Positions 49,038 through 58,497 of a stretch of 64,000 nt of DNA are shown one piece after another (positions within the stretch are counted from its first letter, which is position 1; the number at the start of each line of letters is the position of its first letter). A program made the position numbers and the translations under genes. Below the pieces are notes generated by a model, which saw nothing but the letters and a program-made list of their open reading frames with translations, did not search any database and was not told the origin of the DNA. The stretch comes from a virus (Duplodnaviria > Caudoviricetes): the IMG/VR virus record IMGVR_UViG_3300034071_001210, positions 1-64,000 of that record; one strand, written 5' to 3'.

Positions 49038-50113
49038 AGTCGATATACCAAGTTTATACCAGCTACAGATCTAGCATTTAAATATGATAGTAGTAGCGAT
49101 TGATTATTAGAAGATAAACCAGTAACATAAATATTAACTGTTCCAGGAACACAGCAATCCGTTGCTACAGTAATAAGTGAAGAATCCGATGTTCCTGAAA
49201 TACCAGAAGATAAAATGGCATTAACAAAATCGTTAATTGTTACACATCTATCTTGTCCCGTGGCTTTAAATAATAGTCTACATCTGGCTTCTGTTACAGA
49301 AATTTGACTATATCCACCGGAAGGTGTTGCATTTGTTACAAACGTAACGTCAGATCTTGCGGTTATAGCAGCGTTATTACCAGAGGTTCCATTTGATGTT
49401 ACTGCTTTAATTAATACTGAGTTTGATGTTTGTATTTCCAATGCAGATACAAAATTATTTGTAACAATAAAACCTTTAGGACCATTGATTACTGTAAATG
49501 TTTTATTATTTCCAACAATACCCGTAGAACTTTTATCTACTCTAGTCCATTCAGAGTATGTGGATCCACCGTTTACATTTTCATAAAAAGAAATAGTATC
49601 TGGATCAACGGTGTATGGTAGTTCACATGATTGAGTATCGTAGTTATAATTTGTATAAGACACTACTTCAGATCCAGAATACAATTTTAAAGATTTGCTT
49701 ACACCAGAATTTACAGTATCGATATTAAAAAAGAACGTATCAGCACCGGTTGTAGTTTTTGCTTTAAATGAAGTATATGGGTATAAGGTTGCACCAGCAG
49801 CAGTAACGGTTCTAGTACACGTAGCACTTTGAGATGGTGCTATAAGTACAGAATTATTTGCAGCAATTCCCAAAATACTTGGTAATAAAGTTGTGGTAGT
49901 AGCAAAAGAATTTACATAACCATATTGAGCATATATTCCATTATAAGCGGTAACAGTAGAAAGAATATTTAATATTAAATTTGCAGTACTAGCATTATTT
50001 GTAAAATCAATATCCTGTAATTCTGGTTGATTATTAAAAAATGTTGTGAGTGATGATTTAATCTCACTAAAATCCAAAGAGGCAACATTGAGGTTTTTGA
50101 GTTGGTATGTCAT
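49034..50113 (-). CDS. gp6: Baseplate wedge protein gp6-like (short)
   Basis: LDFSEIK.SL, DF, NG..GN, GG and QDRCVT..DF...PG.V motifs. Confidence 0.8.
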   Translation of the reverse strand: MTYQLKNLNVASLDFSEIKSSLTTFFNNQPELQDIDFTNNASTANLILNILSTVTAYNGIYAQYGYVNSFATTTTLLPSILGIAANNSVLIAPSQSATCTRTVTAAGATLYPYTSFKAKTTTGADTFFFNIDTVNSGVSKSLKLYSGSEVVSYTNYNYDTQSCELPYTVDPDTISFYENVNGGSTYSEWTRVDKSSTGIVGNNKTFTVINGPKGFIVTNNFVSALEIQTSNSVLIKAVTSNGTSGNNAAITARSDVTFVTNATPSGGYSQISVTEARCRLLFKATGQDRCVTINDFVNAILSSGISGTSDSSLITVATDCCVPGTVNIYVTGLSSNNQSLLLSYLNARSVAGINLVYRL

Positions 50114-50493
50114 TATAGTTCGACTTCAATAAATGTAGAGGTATTTGATTGTTTTATGATGCCATCAGAAGTTGAAAAGTAAATTAAAAATTGAAATACT
50201 GTATCTGATGCATATTGTACATTTACTTTAACATTTGTTAAAGATGGTATAGCAGAATTTATATATGCTGCCATATTATTTTCTAAAAGCCCAATATTTG
50301 CTTGTCCATCAAAAATATAACTAAAATAATCAGATCCAAGATTAATATCGGAAACCAATTCACCTTTTTGTGTTTTACATACATTTTCAATATATTGTGA
50401 ATATGCATTAAAGCCACTAACCAAACCAATATCTTTTTTGGTTGATGAAGAGTTTATCTTTTCCAATAATATTGAAAAATCTTTAATAGCCAT
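50113..50493 (-). CDS. gp25: Baseplate wedge/sheath initiator gp25-like
   Basis: Q.IEN...TQKGE.....LGS motif; directly upstream of gp6. The start at 50493 follows a TATAAATA at 50499-50506. Confidence 0.65.
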   Translation of the reverse strand: MAIKDFSILLEKINSSSTKKDIGLVSGFNAYSQYIENVCKTQKGELVSDINLGSDYFSYIFDGQANIGLLENNMAAYINSAIPSLTNVKVNVQYASDTVFQFLIYFSTSDGIIKQSNTSTFIEVEL

Positions 50494-50506
50494 TAGAATA
50501 TTTATA

Positions 50507-51307
50507 TCATGGGTAAATTGGGACATCTAGTGTTATCCCAGTGTAATCGCCAGCAATCGTTGTTAACGCTAATGCGGATTCATGTGTACCAGAACTAGTA
50601 ACGACATGTTTAATTCCTGTAATATAATAAACACCATTTAATATAGCACTTTTTGATGCATATGGGTATCCACTTATACCATTAGAATTTAAACGAATTG
50701 TTTGTCCAACTTTTAACTTAAAATCACCCGGAATAGTTACATCTATTTTTCTTCCATATTGCAGAGCATCTGTAAATTCTGCTCTTTTTACTGGAGTTTC
50801 TACTGGAGTATTCCAAAAAGATGCTACATTTAATCTAAGTTTGATATATGCTTCATACTTCGGTCCTATATCCGGACAACTGCAACTATATGGTGCGGAA
50901 GGAGTTCCCCAAAGACATCCTAACCACTGTTCACCCAACCCTTCTGTGCTATTAATTTTATCACACTCTTCATTAGAAGTATCAAAATACACATCTACTG
51001 GTAGTGACGAATTTAATCTATTGAGTGCTGGTGGACACCCAGTTGGTCCTTCCCACAATGATACACCACCGGAACTTCCAGAAACACCTTCAGATTCTTC
51101 TATGGCTGGTTTATAGAATCCAACTGCTTCTGCAATTTCTTTAACTCCAGGAAAACTTTGAAAACATTCTTCAATAGTTCCCGGTGTGCTTGTAACACCA
51201 CGTGTAATAGAGGAATTAGCACATTCATAACTATCACGACTAATAACCGGATAGAATGATTCTTGTCCTTGGTTTGTACCGTATGTGTATATTTGTTTTG
51301 ATGACAT
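50507..51307 (-). CDS. Baseplate hub protein, C-terminal part (gp27/GpD-like) with a Cys-rich N-terminal region
   Basis: I.VTIPGD..LKVGQTI.L...NG.YYITGIKH, the typical hub C-terminal beta-barrel. Confidence 0.6.
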   Translation of the reverse strand: MSSKQIYTYGTNQGQESFYPVISRDSYECANSSITRGVTSTPGTIEECFQSFPGVKEIAEAVGFYKPAIEESEGVSGSSGGVSLWEGPTGCPPALNRLNSSLPVDVYFDTSNEECDKINSTEGLGEQWLGCLWGTPSAPYSCSCPDIGPKYEAYIKLRLNVASFWNTPVETPVKRAEFTDALQYGRKIDVTIPGDFKLKVGQTIRLNSNGISGYPYASKSAILNGVYYITGIKHVVTSSGTHESALALTTIAGDYTGITLDVPIYP

Positions 51308-51321
51308 CTAATATCCTACCT

Positions 51322-53277
51322 TTAACAGGTTCCATCCAAGACATTTTCAATCCAGAAAGAGGTTACACGTGTTTTTGCATCAATTTGTTCAATGCAAACT
51401 CTGGCAATATGGTTTATATCACCACCACTAACCCCGATAGTAGAACTTGTAGTGGCACCAATAGGTCTAAACTTAAATGATGCTGATGTTGGGCTAACCC
51501 ATCCTGGTGGTAAATAAGAACCAGATAAACCTCGTTCATTTAAGTTGATTGCCCAAGTATCATCTTGTGTTGAACTAGATTTTTTACTGGGATCCAAACA
51601 CCATTTTTCTAATTGGTGACTATATGTTGTACATCCAGATATACCAGCTACAACAGCTGCACCGGAACTACCACATGTTCCACAAGTTACACCTTCATGT
51701 CCTGGTTCAAATAATATTTTATTCCACTTATATCTGTAAAATTTAGCAGAACCTGGTAATGTTGGATCTGGTGCACACGTTACTCCATAATAGGTATTAT
51801 CTGGTTCATATCTTTGAAGAACAGCAAAGAAACAATCTTCATTTTTACCCATACAACATAATGAATACATTACAAAATTTTGTGCTTCGATTTCTCTAAT
51901 TTTTTCTAATCTACCAGCAGCGGCTGATGCTCCAGATGCTCCACCAGAAAATATATCATATCTAATATCCACTACCTTTTGTAAATTTGTTTCAGCTCCA
52001 GGAAGGTCATCATTATCAGGATAATCTGGATGTATGGGTGTAACATCAAACATGTTTTTCCACATATCTGGACTATCCAAAAATGGCATAAATCCATCAA
52101 GACCCATTAAACTTAATGATTTATAATTATTTTCAACACCATATTGATTATAAATTGTATTCGTAATAGATTTACTATTACTAGGAACTTGTCCATCATA
52201 ATACCCCCATGAGTTTTCTGGAATTAGTTGATCACCGCCCTGTGGTGCATCGGTTCCTCGCCCCGATACAGTTACAACATCAATATTGTATTTTTGTCCA
52301 TCATCTTGAAATTGAAATGTAAGATTTTTTAATGCTGTATTTTTTGTAGTATTTTCTGCATCTAATTCGGCATTTATTTTTGCATCACCTGTTAACCCAT
52401 CTGGGATTGTTATCGTTGGAAGTGTGTCCAAATATTTTGGTGTTTTTCTAATATAATAATAGTTTTTAGAAATCCATTGGTATGCTGGATTAGATGCTAA
52501 AAAATATGCTTTTCTGTATTGTTTTTTATCAGACAATTTTTGAATAACTGCATCACCTTTAAATATACCAACATTTCTTACATCAGCATCCATCGAGGCA
52601 TATGATGCGTCATCTAGAATATTTCGTTTAAATGATTTAAAATTAACATCACCAGCCATACCAGTCCAAAATATAAAATTTGGTTCCCCAAAGTCGTCAA
52701 CAGCACCAGTAGAAAGATAATTAAACAACTCAATTGCATTATCTGGAATACTTTCTTCACCAGAATTATATGGTGACAGTGGTTTATATAAAAAATAATT
52801 TGATGCAGAATCATTCCACCCAGATCCAGAGGTTACTCCAAAAGTAAATCTTAATTGTTCTACAAGTTCATTTATATGGAATACTTTAGGTTTCTTAAAA
52901 CCTAAAAGCGAATTTAATGAATTTGTAGAAAAATATTTATAATAATGATTTGTAAAATTTATAGAAACTAGCGTATCGTCACTATCTGATCCCGCATTAT
53001 TAATATAAGAAACGCTAGTAACATCACAATCCCATTTTTTACCATCAAAAAATTCAATAATAACTTTATCAATAGAATTAGTGTTAACATAACTAACAAT
53101 ATCTTTTAAATCTGTAACAACCACGGTTCCACGTGGTAAAACCTCTGTAATATTTTCTACTATTTCTATTTTTTCAAATCTGCATTCTGTGTTTTGTTTG
53201 CTTATTTCTAAACCACCAACAAAAACCGATTTAATAGTAGAATATGCTGGGTTAAACTGTGATTGTGTATTTGGCAT
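51322..53277 (-). CDS. Baseplate hub protein, N-terminal part (gp27-like) with a Cys-rich extension
   Basis: IEI.ENI....P.G.VVV.D, F.FW...NFKS motifs; follows gp53; likely start 53277. Confidence 0.55.
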   Translation of the reverse strand: MPNTQSQFNPAYSTIKSVFVGGLEISKQNTECRFEKIEIVENITEVLPRGTVVVTDLKDIVSYVNTNSIDKVIIEFFDGKKWDCDVTSVSYINNAGSDSDDTLVSINFTNHYYKYFSTNSLNSLLGFKKPKVFHINELVEQLRFTFGVTSGSGWNDSASNYFLYKPLSPYNSGEESIPDNAIELFNYLSTGAVDDFGEPNFIFWTGMAGDVNFKSFKRNILDDASYASMDADVRNVGIFKGDAVIQKLSDKKQYRKAYFLASNPAYQWISKNYYYIRKTPKYLDTLPTITIPDGLTGDAKINAELDAENTTKNTALKNLTFQFQDDGQKYNIDVVTVSGRGTDAPQGGDQLIPENSWGYYDGQVPSNSKSITNTIYNQYGVENNYKSLSLMGLDGFMPFLDSPDMWKNMFDVTPIHPDYPDNDDLPGAETNLQKVVDIRYDIFSGGASGASAAAGRLEKIREIEAQNFVMYSLCCMGKNEDCFFAVLQRYEPDNTYYGVTCAPDPTLPGSAKFYRYKWNKILFEPGHEGVTCGTCGSSGAAVVAGISGCTTYSHQLEKWCLDPSKKSSSTQDDTWAINLNERGLSGSYLPPGWVSPTSASFKFRPIGATTSSTIGVSGGDINHIARVCIEQIDAKTRVTSFWIENVLDGTC

Positions 53278-53284
53278 AAATGTA

Positions 53285-54133
53285 TCACTTATACTTAGTA
53301 GCAACAAAAGAAGATTGAATTAAACCAAGTTGTTTTGGTACATATGCTTGAATATTTTTAGAAGCAGTTGTAATTTCTTGTTGTGCAGTATATGTTGTAT
53401 ATGGTACAACTCCACCCAATGGTGTTGATTGTGTTATAATTGTATCAAGAGTTGGTTCACCATCCAAAGCCCTCACGTTTTTATATATTGTTTTTCCATC
53501 AGTTTTATTAACTTGTTTAACCACTTTAGTATTGGCTGTTTGAACAGAAGTTACATATCTGTTATATGGTGCAGCATATGTTCCGTCTGGATTTAAAGGA
53601 ACAACAGTAACATATGCATCCTTAATTAAAAAATTATTTCCACTCGTTACTACACTCGCTGTCATGGTAAGATCATAATAAGAAGAATCCACTATAACTG
53701 CCATTGCCCCATTCATATTATAAGATCCAGTACTACCATAGAAAGTATCAGTTCCACTATTAGCAATATATGGAAATATTAAACTACCAATTGGAAATGC
53801 CAAATTTGGTCCAAGTATATCTAATGTAGTATCATTTATTGATAAAACAAAACAAGTATTATTTTTATTAGCATTAGTAAAAATATTTACATTACTTTCA
53901 ACTAATGTAAATGGATTGATTACATTATTAGCAGCAACAATAGCCCAGAAACTATCGGGATCTTGATATGTTGCAGCAGCAGCCTCTAATAAAGTCGTTT
54001 TACTATCTATCGATATATTGCTTTCCTGTATTGGGGCATTTTCTACATCAAGGTATGTAAAAAAATCAGAGATATCAAATGTACCAATTGTAGTTTCAAA
54101 AGAAGTTTTAGGTAAATTTTCAAAGAATTTCAT
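53285..54133 (-). CDS. gp53: Baseplate wedge protein gp53-like (LysM-like)
   Basis: MKFFENLP, A...YQDPDSFWAI..AN.VINPF motifs. Confidence 0.75.
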   Translation of the reverse strand: MKFFENLPKTSFETTIGTFDISDFFTYLDVENAPIQESNISIDSKTTLLEAAAATYQDPDSFWAIVAANNVINPFTLVESNVNIFTNANKNNTCFVLSINDTTLDILGPNLAFPIGSLIFPYIANSGTDTFYGSTGSYNMNGAMAVIVDSSYYDLTMTASVVTSGNNFLIKDAYVTVVPLNPDGTYAAPYNRYVTSVQTANTKVVKQVNKTDGKTIYKNVRALDGEPTLDTIITQSTPLGGVVPYTTYTAQQEITTASKNIQAYVPKQLGLIQSSFVATKYK

Positions 54134-54951
54134 GCTGATGGACCAAAATAATAATTTGAGATTTCTGATTTAGACCAAACAGCATTTGCTTCTGGAACAT
54201 ATGTACCTGTTTCAAATTCACTAAAAAGTAATCCTAATAGAGTAATAGATGATGCGCCGTTTGGTAGATATCTAATGACTGGATCTATTTCATCATTTTT
54301 TTGAACCTTAACAGTTTCTAAAACACATACTAAAGGTTCTCCCATCCAGTTTGCTGTTAAGTTTTCTTCACCACCTAATGCAACACCATTACCTTTGGAT
54401 ATTTTTAATGCCCATAAATTTTGAGGATATGATCGTTCAGGTAAACCGGTGGCTACTGCTGGATAAGATGCTTTTCTAAATGTTCCTATAATTTCTTCAA
54501 CTTGAATGGTTTCTGCAGCATTTTTGGGAACAAAAACATATTGAAAAAAGTATTTTTTACGTCCTTCGGATACCATTGTTGCTTCAGCAATATTACTAAA
54601 ACGTCTATAAGTTGAGGTTGCAAACATTCTTTCCCAATAAAATGTTGCTGGTTGTATGTTTCTTTTTAATAGATTTATTGCACCTTTCATTCCTCCACCA
54701 CTATTAGCTAGTCCAGCTCTATTAATCATAGGTCCAACTGGATTATTATTACTTTCACCATATTCATGTGCAACTTGATAGCCAGGTTCCTTTGGCATAG
54801 GTAATGAAATTTGAGCAAATGCTCTGTTTATAACTCCTACTCTAGTACGTTCATTGTTTTTTAATGAATAATTGGCAGCATAAAAATTCAACCAAAGAGG
54901 TTGTTCTGCTTGAGCCAAGCCATATGGATATCTAAAGTTATATTGTGCCAT
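54130..54951 (-). CDS. gp48: Baseplate tail-tube cap gp48-like
   Basis: ISLPMP, R...FQY.FVPKN..E...V..II..FR..SYP and L.L.F.E motifs. Confidence 0.75.
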   Translation of the reverse strand: MAQYNFRYPYGLAQAEQPLWLNFYAANYSLKNNERTRVGVINRAFAQISLPMPKEPGYQVAHEYGESNNNPVGPMINRAGLANSGGGMKGAINLLKRNIQPATFYWERMFATSTYRRFSNIAEATMVSEGRKKYFFQYVFVPKNAAETIQVEEIIGTFRKASYPAVATGLPERSYPQNLWALKISKGNGVALGGEENLTANWMGEPLVCVLETVKVQKNDEIDPVIRYLPNGASSITLLGLLFSEFETGTYVPEANAVWSKSEISNYYFGPSA

Positions 54952-54958
54952 GTAATAA

Positions 54959-54981
54959 TATTTAGATAATTTAACTAAATA
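54959..54981. promoter_or_regulatory. Back-to-back late promoters (CTAAATA on each strand)
   Basis: tatttag at 54959-54965 serves gp48; ctaaata at 54975-54981 serves gp4. Confidence 0.7.
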
Positions 54982-54986
54982 TTATA

Positions 54987-55424
54987 ATGGCGTACAGAAC
55001 AATTTTTAATCCTAAAAATCCAAGAAAATACGCAGGAGATGTATCCAAAATTGTCTGTAGATCTATGTGGGAACGAAATGTATGTGTGTTTTGTGATGAA
55101 CACTCAAGTATACTGAAATGGTCATCTGAAGAAATTGCCATACCATATATGAGTCCTATAGATAAAAAGATGCACAATTACTACCCGGATTTTTTAATAC
55201 AGTTTGAAAATACAAATGGTATACAAAATTGGATGGTTGAGGTAAAACCAAAGAAGCAAACTATGTTAAAGGAAAATGCTTCTAAAAAAGACAAGTTTAC
55301 TTGGATTGTAAATAATTGTAAATGGAACGCAGCTAAAGCATATTGTGATAAGAACAATATAGTTTTTAAAATTATAACAGAAAAAGAACTTTTTTCAAAT
55401 GGCAACACCACCAAATCAAACTAA
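54987..55424 (+). CDS. gp4: Head completion nuclease
   Basis: P.NP.KY.GD, RS.WE, WSSEE..IPY, YYPDF and VEVKP motifs. Confidence 0.9.
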   Translation: MAYRTIFNPKNPRKYAGDVSKIVCRSMWERNVCVFCDEHSSILKWSSEEIAIPYMSPIDKKMHNYYPDFLIQFENTNGIQNWMVEVKPKKQTMLKENASKKDKFTWIVNNCKWNAAKAYCDKNNIVFKIITEKELFSNGNTTKSN

Positions 55425-55986
55425 TTCAATAACAGCAATCAAAGACTTTTTTGATAGACACAGAGGATTACAAAGACCTAATAGATTTTCTATGTCATTT
55501 AATGGACTACCACCGGCATTAAGTGGTTTAGTGCCAGCCAATGACTTTCAACCAATCGGAGTAATGATTGGTGCAAGGGCTATTGATTCTGTTGCAGATA
55601 ATCTTGCAGGATACGGTTTAGGTAGAAGTGTTCCAAGATCACAAAAGTTTCCACAGGGTATTATGTTAACCTTTGCAGTAACCAATGATCATTTTATAAC
55701 AGATTTCTATGATACATGGTTTAATTTAATTTACTCTGGAGGAAGACAAAAAGGCACATATAAAACACCTTTTCAACTTTCATACTATGATGACATAATT
55801 GCACCAACACAAATGAAGATTAATATACTTGATCCCAACGGCAACATTAATAGAATATATACATTTTTTGAAATATATCCCATTGAATGTTTACCTTTAA
55901 AGTTAGATATGATGGAAACTAATACTTACTTAACATATCAGGTTTTGATGATGTTCCGAGATTTTACTTTTAAACCAGGTACATAA
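55399..55986 (+). CDS. Baseplate tail-tube initiator (gp54-like, tube fold)
   Basis: GLQRPNRF, F..W.NLI, YYDD, E.YP and V.M.FR motifs. Confidence 0.7.
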   Translation: MATPPNQTNSITAIKDFFDRHRGLQRPNRFSMSFNGLPPALSGLVPANDFQPIGVMIGARAIDSVADNLAGYGLGRSVPRSQKFPQGIMLTFAVTNDHFITDFYDTWFNLIYSGGRQKGTYKTPFQLSYYDDIIAPTQMKINILDPNGNINRIYTFFEIYPIECLPLKLDMMETNTYLTYQVLMMFRDFTFKPGT

Positions 55987-55987
55987 T

Positions 55988-56650
55988 ATGGATATACTTA
56001 ATTCGTTGGAAAGTCTTTTACCAAAATATCAGACTACTCTTCCCTTTTCGAAACAAACTGTTTCGTTTGTTCCATTCCGAGTAAAGGATGCTAAAAACAT
56101 CTCTATTATTTTACAGGAAGAGAATAGAAAATTAGCATTAACTAGTTTAGTTGATATTTTAAAAACTAATGTTAAAGATATTAATATTTTAGATTTGTGT
56201 ATGGCAGATGCTGAATTTCTTTTTTTACAAATAAGATCAAAGAGTGTAGATGAACAATTAAATTTGATTCATAATAAAGAAAGAATTCAAGTTTCTATTT
56301 CTGAGATATATGGAAAAAATGACATATCTTCACAAACAATAACTTTAACTAATAATGTTAATATAGTACTAGAAACACCAACTGTAAAAGATTTATTAAA
56401 ATTAAATACACTTAATAAAGAAGATGTTATTCAAGCTTGTATTAAAAAGGTTATTTTTAATGGTGAGATATTTCATGTTAGTAAATATGTAACAGAAGAA
56501 ATTAAATTAATTTTAGATAATTTACCAATGACAGTTCTTCCAAAATTTGAAGAGTTTTTAAAGACACAACCTGATTTGTTTTTAATTATAAAAACTGAAG
56601 AAGGGGATAAAGAGGTAAACGGATTTCTAACTTTTTTTACTTATCGGTAA
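55988..56650 (+). CDS. gp26: Baseplate hub assembly protein gp26-like
   Basis: PKY...LP, F.PF.VKD.K, D.EFLFLQIRSKSV.E and G...FF C-terminus. Confidence 0.85.
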   Translation: MDILNSLESLLPKYQTTLPFSKQTVSFVPFRVKDAKNISIILQEENRKLALTSLVDILKTNVKDINILDLCMADAEFLFLQIRSKSVDEQLNLIHNKERIQVSISEIYGKNDISSQTITLTNNVNIVLETPTVKDLLKLNTLNKEDVIQACIKKVIFNGEIFHVSKYVTEEIKLILDNLPMTVLPKFEEFLKTQPDLFLIIKTEEGDKEVNGFLTFFTYR

Positions 56651-56841
56651 AGTTTTTTGATTTAAAAGATTACTATGTTACAAACTTTACCCTAATAAAT
56701 AATTTTAATTGGAATCTGTTTGATTTAGAAAATATGATATGGTGGGAACGCGAAGTCTATGTTAAATTGCTTGTAGATTATCAAGATCAAAAGAACCAAG
56801 AAAATATGTCACATACACCAAACATGCAAGGATTTAATTAA
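56638..56841 (+). CDS. gp51: gp51-like baseplate assembly chaperone reading frame, -1 relative to gp26, with no upstream start codon
   Basis: YLSVKFFDLKDYYVTNFTLINNFNWNLFDLENMIWWEREVYVKLLVDYQDQKNQENMSHTPNMQGFN*; the stop overlaps the next ATG (TAATG). Confidence 0.75.
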   Translation, partial: YLSVKFFDLKDYYVTNFTLINNFNWNLFDLENMIWWEREVYVKLLVDYQDQKNQENMSHTPNMQGFN

Positions 56842-57311
56842 TGGTAGACGATAATAATATTTCATTAGATGTAACTGCAGAACAGCAGCTATTTGCTCCT
56901 TCTATTAAACCATCAGATCTTAGATCTGCCCAACTTGATAGTAGTATGCCTGAAGATATGGCCTTACCTGAAAGCGTTGTGTTTAAAACTATTGTTGATC
57001 CACCTTTAATGGAATCAATTGTTTATCAAGCAACAAAAGTAGATATATCTGAAAAAACAAGTGCAGAAGTTGCTGACGTTGGAATAAAATTACAAGTTAA
57101 ATTTGATCCAGAAGCATCATATAAAAAATTAGAAGAAAATGTAGATGGTATACGAGATAGTGTAACAAGTATAGCAGACAATGCTCAGAATAAATGGATA
57201 CCCAATCCAAGTCCTGCTTCAAAATTTGAAGAACGACCAACATTAGAACCAACAAATTTGATATTTGATGCTAGAGCAGAAAGATTTGCTCAGTATCCTA
57301 ACTGGGCATAA
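56841..57311 (+). CDS. Acidic hypothetical protein at the tape-measure position
   Basis: 156 aa, translationally coupled to the gp51-like frame. Confidence 0.5.
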   Translation: MVDDNNISLDVTAEQQLFAPSIKPSDLRSAQLDSSMPEDMALPESVVFKTIVDPPLMESIVYQATKVDISEKTSAEVADVGIKLQVKFDPEASYKKLEENVDGIRDSVTSIADNAQNKWIPNPSPASKFEERPTLEPTNLIFDARAERFAQYPNWA

Positions 57312-57334
57312 AAAAAGCCCCTTACGGGGCTTTT
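57309..57334. terminator. Bidirectional intrinsic terminator
   Basis: AAAAAAAAGCCCC-TTAC-GGGGCTTTT between convergent genes. Confidence 0.9.
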
Positions 57335-57335
57335 C

Positions 57336-58193
57336 TCAATCATTCTCCATTTCGGAGAAGTACTTTAGAGGATCCTTTTCCTCAATGTCTTCACGGACTA
57401 CAGTATCCGTGACATCATCTTCAATACTCTTAGAATCGGTAAACTGAGCACGAATATCGTCTCCGGTTGCCTTCTTGAGTCGAGCCTTGAGTTCATCATA
57501 ACTCTTGAACTGACTCTTGTCAGTAAACTCCTTGAGAGCATATTGCTTCTTCCAAAGTTCCTCTAACTTCTTATCATCTCCACCAAGGAGAGGAGCAGGA
57601 GCAGCAAACTCTGAACGATCATAGTTCACATATCCACCAACATTGCGAATCTTGATCTTGAAGTCTGCACCAGTCCAAAAGTTAAATGGATCAACAGCAG
57701 TTTCATCCTGATACTCTGGGTGAGCAAGCCCCTGAATCTTCTGGAAGATCTTAGTACCATACTGATAAAGAAAAACCTTTCCCTTATTCTCTGGGTTTGC
57801 AGGATCTTCCAGAACAAGAATGTTAGAGATGTAAGTCAACTTACGTTTACGGTTTCTTGCAATGTTCTTGTCATCCTCAATTCCACTATTCCATAGTTCC
57901 GTGTTTGCTTCACAAACTGGGCACTTCTCTCCAAGAGTAGTTGGGCAGTTTTCAAACAACCATCCACCCTTGCCCTTGAAGGCATGACTGTAAACTGAAA
58001 CAAAGGGAGTATCTTCTCCTGCAATCTCAGGAAGGAATCGAATTACTGCATAACCGTTTCCAGCCTTGTCGATACCAGGCTTCCAAATACGGTCATCTTT
58101 GTAACTCTCCTTTGACGTGAGCTTATCCATACGCTCGGTTAGGGATGCGACTGAGTTCTTACTCTTCTTCTTAAAATCTGAAAAATTTGCCAT
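57336..58193 (-). CDS. gp32: Single-stranded DNA-binding protein
   Basis: DDRIWKP..DKAGNGYAVIRFLP, ENCPTT...CPVC and NYDRSEF motifs, with an acidic tail. Confidence 0.97.
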   Translation of the reverse strand: MANFSDFKKKSKNSVASLTERMDKLTSKESYKDDRIWKPGIDKAGNGYAVIRFLPEIAGEDTPFVSVYSHAFKGKGGWLFENCPTTLGEKCPVCEANTELWNSGIEDDKNIARNRKRKLTYISNILVLEDPANPENKGKVFLYQYGTKIFQKIQGLAHPEYQDETAVDPFNFWTGADFKIKIRNVGGYVNYDRSEFAAPAPLLGGDDKKLEELWKKQYALKEFTDKSQFKSYDELKARLKKATGDDIRAQFTDSKSIEDDVTDTVVREDIEEKDPLKYFSEMEND

Positions 58194-58243
58194 ATGTGTC
58201 TTTCTTTCCCCAAGGATCTACCTTGGCCTAACAGTTCTCTATC

Positions 58244-58271
58244 ACTATACACTCTGATTTAGATTAGTCAA
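58244..58271 (-). promoter_or_regulatory. Sigma70-type promoter TTGACT-N16-TATAGT for gp32
   Basis: Shares AGAGTGTATAGTG with the promoter at 61175-61202. Confidence 0.7.
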
Positions 58272-58497
58272 TCGGTAACTTCTTAGATTTAGACTTTTTC
58301 ATCAAATGTAAACTTTGGGCTTCTTGTTGAATTTTTTCAATAATTGGCTTGGTTAAAAGTTTACCAGAAGCACTTGGATCTAAACCCATTTCTTCTGTAA
58401 TTTCTAAAACACAATCCATAAAAGTCATATTGGTCAATTTGACTCTTGATATTACCTTATTTGAAAATTGTTCTTTGGCAGAGTCATCTATATACAT
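58264..58497 (-). CDS. gp33: Late-promoter transcription coactivator
   Basis: F...V......T.MD.V.......D.....KL....I.EKI..EA..L..MK...KLP pattern; upstream of gp32. Confidence 0.85.
   Translation of the reverse strand: MYIDDSAKEQFSNKVISRVKLTNMTFMDCVLEITEEMGLDPSASGKLLTKPIIEKIQQEAQSLHLMKKSKSKKLPID

Noticed and set aside
7679-53277. Cys-codon reassignment to explain the G-x-C-G motifs
   Set aside because: Conserved functional cysteines (UvsW DECH, gp32 CPVC, gp46 hook, RibB GLMC) use the same codons, and all three stop codons terminate genes normally.
54987-55424. TnsA transposase / mobile element
   Set aside because: The TnsA-like nuclease fold is expected for T4 gp4, and the position is syntenic; no transposon ends or partner genes are present.
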